A DNA stretch of 64,000 nt, from the NCBI GenBank assembly GCA_963575745.1, contig CAUYUJ010000281.1, positions 310,001-374,000 on the forward strand, given 5' to 3'. This stretch comes from Prorocentrum cordatum. Its lineage: Eukaryota. Positions 51,254 through 64,000 of this stretch are shown here, piece by piece. The position numbers and the translations under genes are program-made. A model generated the notes under the pieces. The model did not search any database. It saw only the letters and a program-made list of their open reading frames with translations, and had not been told where the DNA came from. The number at the start of each line of letters is the position of its first letter. Within the stretch, counting starts at the first letter, position 1.

Positions 51254-51738
51254 AAGGGGCCCTGGGGCGCACAAACAAATACACACTAATAACAGGGTTT
51301 CCCATATTTCCCAATATTTTCTGGGCTTTTGTCTTCCCCCCCACTTCCCATCGTTTCCCATATTTTCGTGGGAATGGACGATTCATTGCGTCTGTGTGTT
51401 TTTTCCCCTCCGGAATCATCCTGAACTGTGTGATCCCCATAAGAGGATTCCCCATATGTTTCCAATATTTTCTGGGCTTTTGTCTTCCCCCCCCCCCACT
51501 TCCCATAGTTTCCCATATTTTCGTGGGAATGGACGATTCATTGCGTCTGTGTGTTTTTTCCCCTCCGGAATCATCCTGAACTGTGTGATCCCCATAAAAG
51601 AATTCCCCATATGTTTCCAATCTTTTCTGGGCTTTTGTCTCCCCCCCCACTTCCCATAGTTTCCCATATTCTCCTGGAAATCGACGATTGATTGTGCCTG
51701 TGTTTTTTTTTTCCCCTCCTGCGTAATCCTGAACTGTG
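51254..51738 (+). repeat. Tandem ~155-bp AT-rich repeat, 3 units
   Basis: TTCCCATAT..TTTTCTGGGCTTTTGTCT..CCTGAACTGTGTGA occurs three times. Confidence 0.92.
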
Positions 51739-51892
51739 TGAGCGAGCGCTCTCGGCGATGTTGTCGGTCGCGCTCGGGCGGCAAGGCCGCGCAGCGAAGT
51801 GGCCATCAGCGCGCGCTGTCAGACAAGGCGGCGGCCCTCTCTCGGTGAGCAGGGCAGAACTCGGGCAGCGCACCACGGAAGCAGCAGGGCCA

Positions 51893-52088
51893 CTCGGGTC
51901 GGGCGAAAGGGGGGGATAGCCAAGGGGGGGGTTGAGAATCAACTCACGTAGCTGATTTTCCCCGCGCCTCCCGGCGCCGGAAGCGGCTATGTATCGAGGA
52001 ATGGGCCCCTCGGTGGGGCCGAAACCAGCTGCATGCAGCAAATTTCGTACCCCCCCCTTCCCAATCCCCCCCTTTCGCCCGGCCCGAG
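51893..52088. mobile_element. 196-bp MITE with 3-bp TSD (architecture like family B)
   Basis: CCA|CTCGGGTCGGGCGAAAGGGGGG...CCCCCCTTTCGCCCGGCCCGAG|CCA. Confidence 0.85.
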
Positions 52089-52609
52089 CCACGTTCAGCG
52101 GCAGGACTTCCTGCGAGCTGCGAGAACAGGGCCGCGCGCGACTGCACGGCCTCACTGCTCGAGAGGGGCCGCCAAGACCGATTGCACGGCAGCCCCAGAG
52201 ACGGACGCATTGAGGCAAGAGCGCCTGGCAAATTCTACCAGGGCGGGACCCGGCGGCCCGGTGTTCTTCTACGCCAAGCCATGCCGTGCTCTACCATGCA
52301 TCGCGTGCACTCTCGCGATCATTGCCATGGTCGACATCCGACTGCGCAAATAGAGAGGAAATCTACGCCATGGTAAGAGATGGGAGGGAGGGGTAATACG
52401 TCATGTATGACGCGAGCGCGCCTCCTCCTCCGCCTCCTCCTCCTCCTCCTCCCCCTCCTCCTCCCTCTCCTCCTCCCTCCCTCCCCCCTCCTCTCCCACC
52501 CTTCCTCCTCCTCCTCCTCCTCCTCCTTCTCCTCCTTTTCCTGCACTGTTCAAGACACCTTGAATCACCTCGCCATGGTCAACCAATCAGCCAGAGGGAA
52601 CGAGTCGCG

Positions 52610-52665
52610 TGCGCAGTGGCGGGTGGATGCTGGTCGCGCGGCTGCGGGTAGCTCTCCTCGTTGAC
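52610..52665 (-). CDS. Candidate short exon (VNEESYPQPRDQHPP..)
   Basis: CTCCCAG|G acceptor and GC3-rich codons. The donor is not defined. Confidence 0.3.
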
Positions 52666-53589
52666 CTGGGAGGCGGGCCAGACAAGCGAGGGGGCAGGAG
52701 CATGGGGAGGAGGGGAATGCAGGAGCGAGAACCAGCTTCGAAGGAGAGAGACTCCTCATTCCTCCTCGCCCCTCGCTCCGCAAATGGTTCCTCACTCCTG
52801 CTACTCACTGAGGAGCAGAAGTGAGGAACCATATGAGGAGTAGGACTTCAGGAGTAGAAGCCGGTTGCAGGTTGCAAGATGTGTCATGGCCACTTGGAAA
52901 GAAGGCCCTTGTAGCCGAAGAGGGAGGCAGGGAGAATGGGTGGGGGGGGTGAGGGAAATGAGTGAGAAGAGGGAAGGATCAGGAGGAGAGGGGGAGAGGA
53001 GAGGGAGGGATCAAAAAGGGAGGGGCGCTGCCGACGGCCAGACGGAGACTAAAAGAGAAGAACTTGGAGACAGGAGAAAACATCAGAGGTATCGACTACA
53101 TCATCAATTTACCCTAAAATTGATTTGCTCGTAGACTCTACAGAAGAATACTTCGAATTCGCCGTCGTCTTTCGAAAATTCTGCGCATTCGTCGTAGGTT
53201 CGATGGGGAAACTCAGGTTTTGAGCACATCAACTCTGCAGTCGATCCCCCACTCGAACTTGGGGGGGTGGCGTCGAGGAGGAGAGGACGGCCACGAGCAA
53301 GGGGGGGGGCGAGGAGGTGGCGGGGAGCGAGCAGACGTGTGGGGTGCCTCGCGCAGCGCCAAATCATGCTCGGTCGGGCAGGTCCTCCTACGGGCGGATT
53401 TCGGAAGAAAGGTAACACACACAACAGGTCCAATCATAACCATGCAGAGCCAGGAGAGCACGAGGCATCGCCCCCAGACGGTCGTTCTCCTGTAGAGGGG
53501 CATGCCCGACTTCAGACTTGGGAGGAGGGGCATGGGACCGGTGGGTGTGTTGCAGGGTGGGTTCATGTTGGCCCTCCTCCATCCATCAG

Positions 53590-54892
53590 TCGGAAGGGCG
53601 GGCTGGGCGTTTCGCCTGAAACTTCCTGACCTGGGCTGAGCCAGAGGCTTAGGAACTGAAAGCAGCTTCAAAGATGTAGGGCGGGTCGCTTCCGAAATGT
53701 GGCTCGCCCTAGCGCCGCGCACACTCGTCTTGAACATTTGGCTTCACGGATTGAGGGCGAATTGTTTTCAAAATTCCCCAATCAAAGCTTGCAGTGAAAG
53801 GGTCCTGGCGGAAGTTGGAACATTTGGCGGAAGTGCCTGGCCGATTTCGGTAGGCGGGCGGGTTCCCGAGCTCCTTCCAAGTTCCCTGGTTCCCCTGTCG
53901 CGGGTTCCGGACCGATTTCGGTGGGCGGCGGGGTTCCCAGGTTGACGAGTTCCAGGGATCATGGTCGACTTCCTGATCGATCTCACTATCGATCTCACTA
54001 TCTCACAGTAGGTCGCTCGAGCGACCTCACTATCGATCGCACTGAATGTCATTCACGATCGGTCGCACGATCGACCTTACTATCGTCCTCCAATCGATCC
54101 CACGATCGCTCTCACTATCGATCTCACAATCGATCTCCATATCCATTCCACAAATTTTCAAGCCATCCACTGAAGTGGATTTTTTCTCGGGGGTAGTGTG
54201 ACTCTCGCCGTAGTGCCGCGCACATCGGTTGTGAAATACTGAAAGAAGTTCACGGGTTGAGGGCGTGGCGTTTTCAACATGTGGCTCTCGCCTTAGCACC
54301 GCGCACCTTCGGTTTAACAGTTTGCAAAGACTTTACGGATTGAGGGCGTCTCGTTTTCAACATGTGGTTCTCGCCCTAGCACCGCGACCATTCGTTTCAA
54401 AGGTTGCAACAGATGTACGGAGTCAGGGCGGCTCGTTTCCAAGAGTTAGCTCTCGCCTCAGCGCCGCGCGCATCCATCTTCACAACATTGCAAGAGCTTC
54501 ACGGATTGAGGGCGGCAGCTTTTCAAAGAGCCGCGCACCCTCGTCTAAAGAAGTTGTAAGAGTTTCGCTGATTCTCATGGTTAACGTTTCAAGAATCGCG
54601 TATCCGAACGATTCAGGACTGTCAGGGCGCACCAATTACGTTGATTCGCTGTGTTGAAATCCCAGGAATGGCAATCTGGCGCGATTCAGGATCGTCAAAA
54701 CGCGACAATCAGACTGACCCGTGGCGTTGGGATCCTGGGACTTGTGTTTTGGCAAGCTTCAAGATTTTCACACGTTTATCTCCAAACGGGGCACGTCCCC
54801 CAGCGGAGGTGAACCCTTCTAGGTGCCTATTAGGAGGAAGCCTGGAGGGAGCGAGGATTCCAACATCGATGATGAGCCTTGGGTGTGCACTG
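53590..54892 (-). repeat. Dispersed repeat family D, copy 2, with a nested family E element (~53777-54178)
   Basis: Inverted homology to 6635-7345 on both sides of a segment homologous to 11493-11972. Confidence 0.75.
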
Positions 54893-55096
54893 GTCCTCCT
54901 CCTCGTCCTCCGTCTCTCCCTGCCCTCCTTCCTTGCCTTACCCCTGCCTCCCTCACACCTCCTCCTCCTCCTCCTCCTCCTCCTCCTCCTCCTCCTCCTC
55001 CTCCTCCTCCTCCTCCTCCTCCTCCCCCTCCTGATCATTATCCTCGTCCCTCCCTCTCTCCCGCCCGCGTCGTCGTCCTCCTCCTGCCGCATCAGC

Positions 55097-55219
55097 CTGA
55101 CTCTTCGGGTGGTCGGCCCCATGGTGCTCAAGTAAGTTGTTATCCCCTCGGGCACTGACCGCCCGCTCGGGCTCCACCTCTGGCGCGGCGGCGGTCCTCG
55201 GTCCGTCGTCGGGGCCCGC
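55097..55219 (-). CDS. Candidate exon (AGPDDGPRTAAAPEVEPERAVSARGDNNLLEHHGADHPKSQ)
   Basis: 123 nt, phase 0-0, with GCCAG|G acceptor and CAG|GC donor. Confidence 0.35.
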
Positions 55220-55367
55220 CTGGCCCACGCCGCCCCCTCATGGGCAGGAGGGGGATGACAAAAGGATGCTTAATACTCCGTCCCGCGCAAGTATTATTGC
55301 ACGCACCCCCCCCCGAAGCATCGTCACTCGCGTGGGTGAAGGGCTTGCGTGGCGGTCACCTGGCTAC

Positions 55368-56872
<1,505 letters not shown>

Positions 56873-57242
56873 AATACTCACTGCGTGGAGCTCCCCATAT
56901 GCGCATCGCATGTTTTATGCCATGCCGTGGCGAGCGTCTGTTCATGAGCGGTCGACTACAATAGCGCGTCCACGTGGGCGACAGGGCCGACGAAGACGAG
57001 TGACCCCTAATGCGAGTGATTGCGTATGAGTCAGAGTGAGCTTTGAGTATGGTTGAATGCGAGCCTCTTCCTCTTCATCCCCCCTCATCAGCTGCCAGGC
57101 CTTCCCCTTTTTCAGCCCGTGGTAGCTTTGGAGCTTCCCACATGTGCATATGTTGTAGGATAGTTGGCAGTGGGATATGTAAGACGAGCGTTTAGCCACA
57201 CAAGGCCATAAGTGCATGTCATGTTGGAGGATAGTGCCACGA

Positions 57243-58427
57243 GAAACAAGCAAACCGCCTGAGACATCCCCACAAAATGGCCGCGAACGAGCCCGTGCAA
57301 CCACCCCTGGCGGCTCCCCTTAGGGGTGCTGAAACCAGCGCCCCGCCTGAGACATCCTCACAATCTGCTCTCCAAGCGAAGGATGTTGAGCCCGGAAACA
57401 AGCAAACCGCCGGAGACATCCCCACAAAATGGCCGCGAACGAGCCCGTGCAACCACCCCTGGCGGCTCCCCTTAGGGGTGCTGAAACCAGCGCCCCGCCT
57501 GAGACATCCTCACAATCTGCTCTCCAAGCGAAGGATGTTGGCCCAGAAACAAGCAAACCGCCTGAGACATCCCCACAAAATGGCCGCGAACGAGCCCGTG
57601 CAACCACCCCTGGCGGCTCCCCTTAGGGGTGCTGAAACCAGCGCCCCGCCTGAGACATCCTCACAATCTGCTCTCCAAGCGAAGGATGTTGGGCCCAGAA
57701 ACAAGCAAACCGCCTGAGACATCCCCACAAAATGGCCGCGAACGAGCCCGTGCAACCACCCCTGGCGGCTCCCCTTAGGGGTGCTGAAACCAGCGCCCCG
57801 CCTGAGACATCCTCACAATCTGCTCTCCAAGCGAAGGATGTTGGGCCCAGAAACAAGCAAACCGCCTGAGACATCCCCACAAAATGGCCGCGAACGAGCC
57901 CGTGCAACCACCCCTGGCGGCTCCCCTTAGGGGTGCTGAAATGAGCGCCTCGCTCGAGACATCCTCCAAATCTGCTCCGAAAGCGAAGGATGTTGGGCCC
58001 AGAAACAGGCAAACCGCCTGAGACATCCCCACAAAATGGCCGCGAACGAGCCCGTGCAACCACCCCTGGCGGCTCCCCTTAGGGGTGCTGAAACCAGCGC
58101 CCCGCCTGAGACATCCTCACAATCTGCTCTCCAAGCGAAGGATGTTGGGCCCAGAAACAAGCAAACCGCCTGAGACATCCCCACAAAATGGCCGCGAACG
58201 AGCCCGTGCAACCACCCCTGGCGGCTCCCCTTAGGGGTGCTGAAACCAGCGCCCCGCCTGAGACATCCTCACAATCTGCTATCCAAGCGAAGGATGTTGG
58301 GCCCAGAAACAAGCAAACCGCCTGAGACATCCCTACAAAATGGCCGCGAACGAGCCCGTGCAACCACCCCTGGCGGCTCTCCTTAGGGGTGCTGAAACCA
58401 GCGCCCCGCCTGAGACATCCTCACAAT
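57243..58427 (+). repeat. 152-bp tandem satellite, ~7.8 near-identical units
   Basis: Units start GAAACAAGCAAACCGCCTGAGACATCCCCACAAAATGGCC at 57243, 57395, 57546, 57698, 57850, 58002, 58154 and 58306. Confidence 0.98.
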
Positions 58428-58723
58428 GTGCTGTGTGTTGAGTAAGTCTCAGACTATGAATAAATCTGAATATGAGTACGCCTGGGTATGAGTAAGTCTG
58501 AGTATGAGTAAGTCTGAGTATGGATATGTCTGAGTGTGAGTAAGTCTGAGTATGAGTACGTCTGGGTATGAGCATGTCTGAGTATGAGTAAGTCTGAGTA
58601 TGAGTAAGTCTGAGTATGAGAAAGTCTGAGTATAGGAGGGGAGGAGGAAAGAGGAGGAGGAAGGAGGAGAGGGAGTAGGAGGCGCCCAAGTATTAATTAC
58701 TCACTGCGTGGAGCTCCCCATAT

Positions 58724-59103
58724 GTGCATCTATTCGTATGGACCTGTCCGCCGTGAATGTCTAGGCGCAAGAGCTTTCGAATATACACGGGCTTCAGTTG
58801 TGACGGTCAGGACATAAATCTAACTGCGAATGAATTGGAGTGTGAATGAGCCTCAGTAGTACGAGCGCGTCTTTGTGCATGAGCCTCGGGCCTCCTGGGG
58901 CCTCCTGAAACCTACTGGGGCTTCCTGGGGTCTCCAGGAGCCTCTTGGGGCCTCCTGGGACCTCCTAGGGAGGTTTCGTGCCCCAGGAGAGGCGCAATAT
59001 ATAGCAACAGACGTACATAAACCATTGCGGATTCGTGCCACAGGAGAAGGGCAATCTATAGGAACACGCGTCAAACACAAAGGACTCGTGCCCCAGGAGA
59101 GGC

Positions 59104-59147
<44 letters not shown>

Positions 59148-61570
59148 GGAACATTAGTAAAATATGTAGGATTGTGTACACAGGAGAAGGACAATCTATA
59201 GAAACATACGTAAAACATCAAAAGACTCGTGCTCCAGGTGAGGCCCAATCGATAGGAGCATACGTAAAACACATGGGATTGGAGCCACTCCTGTTGCCTT
59301 CTGAAGCCTCCTGCTCCTGGAGCCTCTCGGGGCCTCCTGTTGCCTTCCGAGGCCTCCTGGCACTTCCTGTTGCCTCGTGGGGCCTCCTGTGGTTTCCTGA
59401 AGCCGTCCGGAGCTTCCTGGGGCCGCCTGGAGCCTCTTGGGACATCCTGTGGCCTCTTGAGTCTTTCTGTGGCCTCCTGATGCCTCCTGGGACCTCATGA
59501 TGTCTCCTGGGGCCTCCTGGAGCCTGTTGGAGCCTCCTGTGGCATCCAGAGAAGAATCTGCGCCCACGAGCCTGGCCACCAAAACAAGCAAACCGATCGA
59601 GACATCCTCAAAATCTGGCCCACCTGGGGGGTGAAAATGAGCGCCTCGCTCGAGACATCCTCCAAATCTGCTCCGAAAGCGAAGGATGCTGGCACAGAAA
59701 ACAGGCAAACCGCTCGAGACATCCCCACAAAATTCCGCGAACGGGACCCCGTGAAATACCCCCCCGCCGCCCCCCTTAGAGTGCTGAGACGAGCGAATCG
59801 CCTGAGACATCCTCCAAATCTGCTCCGAAAACGAAACATGTTGGATCAGAAAATGGCCAAACCGCCTGAGACATCCCCACAAAATTCCGCGAACGGGACC
59901 CCGTGAAATACCCCCCCGCCGCCCCCCTTAGATTGCTGAGACGAGCGAATCGCCTGAGTCTGAGTGATGACTGAGTCTGAGTGATGAGAGAGCATGAGTG
60001 AGTCTGAGTGATGAGTGAATCTGAATGGTGAGTCTGAGTGATGAGTGGTGGGTGTGGTGTTCTGTCCTGTGTCCTTCCGGCGCGGTCCGCCACTAAATCT
60101 TTGGATATGGGGAACAAGAACCCCATCTTTGGATATGGGGAACAAGAAGTGCATCTATTCGCATGGACCTGTCCGCCGTGAATGTCTAGGCGCAAGAGCT
60201 TTCGAATATACACGGGCTTCAGTTGTGACGGTCAAGACATAAATCTAACTGCGAATGAATTGGAGTGTGAATGAGCCTCAGTAGTACAAGCGCGTCTTTG
60301 TGCATGAGCCTCGGGCCTCCTGGGGCCTCCTGAAACCTACTGGGGCTTCCTGGGGTCTCCAGGAGCCTCTTGGGGCCTCCTGGGACCTCCTAGGGAGGTT
60401 TCGTGCCCCAGGAGAGGCGCAATATATAGCAACAGACGTACATAAACCATTGCGGATTCGTGCCACAGGAGAAGGGCAATCTATAGGAACACGCGTCAAA
60501 CACAAAGGACTCGTGCCCCAGGAGAGGCCCAATATATATATATATATATATATACTATATATATAGTAACATTAGTAAAATATGTAGGATTGTGTACACA
60601 GGAGAAGGACAATCTATAGAAACATACGTAAAACATCAAAAGACTCGTGCTCCAGGTGAGGCCCAATCGATAGGAGCATACGTAAAACACATGGGATTGG
60701 AGCCACTCCTGTTGCCTTCTGAAGCCTCCTGTTCCTGGGGCCTCTCGGGGCCTCCTGTTGCCTTCCGAAGCCTCCTGGCGCTTCCTGTTGCCTCGTGGGG
60801 CCTCCTGTGGTTTCCTGAGGCCGTCCGGAGCTTCCTGGGGCCTCCTGGAGCCTCTTGGGACATCCTGTGGCCTCTTGAGTCTTTCTGTGGCCTCCTGATG
60901 CCTCCTGGGACCTCATGATGTCTCCTGGGGCCTCCTGGAGCCTGTTGGAGCCTCCTGTGGCATCCAGAGAAGAATATGCGCCCACGAGCCTGGCCACCAA
61001 AACAAGCAAACCGATCGAGACATCCTCAAAATCTGGCCCACCTGGGGGGTGAAAATGAGCGCCTCGCTCGAGACATCCTCCAAATCTGCTCCGAAAGCGA
61101 AGGATGCTGGCACAGAAAACAGGCAAACCGCTCGAGACATCCCCACAAAATTCCGCGAACGGGACCCCGTGAAATACCCCCCCGCCGCCCCCCTTAGAGT
61201 GCTGAGACGAGCGAATCGCCTGAGACATCCTCCAAATCTGCTCCGAAAACGAAACATGTTGGATCAGAAAATGGCCAAACCGCCTGAGACATCCCCACAA
61301 AATTCCGCGAACGGGACCCCGTGAAATACCCCCCCGCCGCCCCCCTTAGATTGCTGAGACGAGCGAATCGCCTGAGTCTGAGTGATGACTGAGTCTGAGT
61401 GATGAGAGAGCATGAGTGAGTCTGAGTGATGAGTGAATCTGAATGGTGAGTCTGAGTGATGAAAGGTGGGTGTGGTGTTCTGTCCTGTGTCCTTCCGGCG
61501 CGGTCCGCCAATAACAAGAACCCCATCTTTGGATATGGGGAACAAGAACCCCATCTTAGGATATGGGGAA
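58724..61570 (+). repeat. Near-identical ~1.42-kb tandem duplication (58724-60148, 60149-~61570)
   Basis: The offset is 1425 before and 1418 after the internal (TA)n tract, with few substitutions. Each unit contains 152-bp-satellite-related subunits and ends in 28-bp GGATATGGGGAACAAGAACCCCATCTTT repeats. Confidence 0.97.
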
Positions 61571-61574
61571 TAAT

Positions 61575-63312
<1,738 letters not shown>

Positions 63313-63519
63313 TAGGGTTGGAAGTCACCTCCGTGCGGGGGCTACACATCACCCCCGGGGTATTGCGTTTCCAATCGGGCATGTCAAGGTGGTATTCGGC
63401 GAGTACTACGAGGGAGCGTAATTCTACCGCCACCTGCGGCGTTCCTCATCTTGCCCCCGGGAGCCCCTTCTAAATTCTTGTGGGGCCCTGAAAGATCAGG
63501 CGGGATCCTCATGGTTCCG

Positions 63520-64000
63520 GAGGAGCCTCCTGAGGAATATTGAAGAGTCGCGGGGAAGCTCAAGCCTAAGGAACCCAAAGACTCCTGAACAATCTGAGGG
63601 TCCCTGAGGGATCTGGGGGAAACCACAAGAATTATGAACGATTGGAGAGACATTGAAGGATCCGGAAGAATTCTGAACAATTTGAATCACGCGGGGGTCC
63701 GAGGGAATCCAAAGGAACGTTCCGGAATCGTGAGGGATCCTCAAGAATCCTGCGGAAGCTGAAGGAATCTGGAAGAATCCTGAGGAAGCCAGCAGAATCC
63801 TGCGGGATCTTAAAGGAACCTTGGTGTCCTGGGAAATCCGGAGGAATCTGCAGAGCACTGATACTGAAGACACCTACAGGAACTTTGACAATCCTGGAAA
63901 ACCCGTACGAATCATGGAGAGATGCCTGGGGCGCACTTGGAGGGATCCCCGAGAAGCTTCTGAGAGAGCCTGTCTGAGAGAGCCTCTGACAGATAGCCTC
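63520..64000 (+). repeat. Degenerate ~10-bp periodic array (GAGGAATCCT-like)
   Basis: Recurrent GAATCC/GGATCC at ~10-bp spacing. Confidence 0.6.

Noticed and set aside
57243..58427. Regular array resembling CRISPR
   Set aside because: Whole units are near-identical, with no unique spacers and no cas genes. It is a satellite.

Overview
This is GC-rich, repeat-dense eukaryotic nuclear DNA, most likely from a dinoflagellate. That call is an inference from a degenerate spliced-leader (DinoSL) copy upstream of a gene, candidate exons with AG|G acceptors and GT/GC/GA donors, and the fact that all host coding candidates lie on the minus strand. Most ORFs in the supplied track are artefacts of microsatellites and tandem repeats. 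The one clearly recognisable host gene is a two-exon, minus-strand secreted glycoside hydrolase family 76 protein (~19.3-23.6 kb). It has an unusual architecture: a PAN/apple-like module and two somatomedin-B-like modules appear to be inserted before the last helix of the catalytic barrel, and an SL relic precedes it. The window also holds a decayed CRE-type non-LTR retrotransposon with a nested MITE, a probable decayed DIRS-like gag ORF, and several MITE families with TIRs and TSDs. Other structures are a foldback element, a near-perfect long palindrome, many minisatellites, and a 4.7-kb block (152-bp satellite plus a 1.42-kb tandem duplication) embedded in a multi-kb (AGT)n tract. I found no rRNA, tRNA, CRISPR array or prokaryotic operon-like system.
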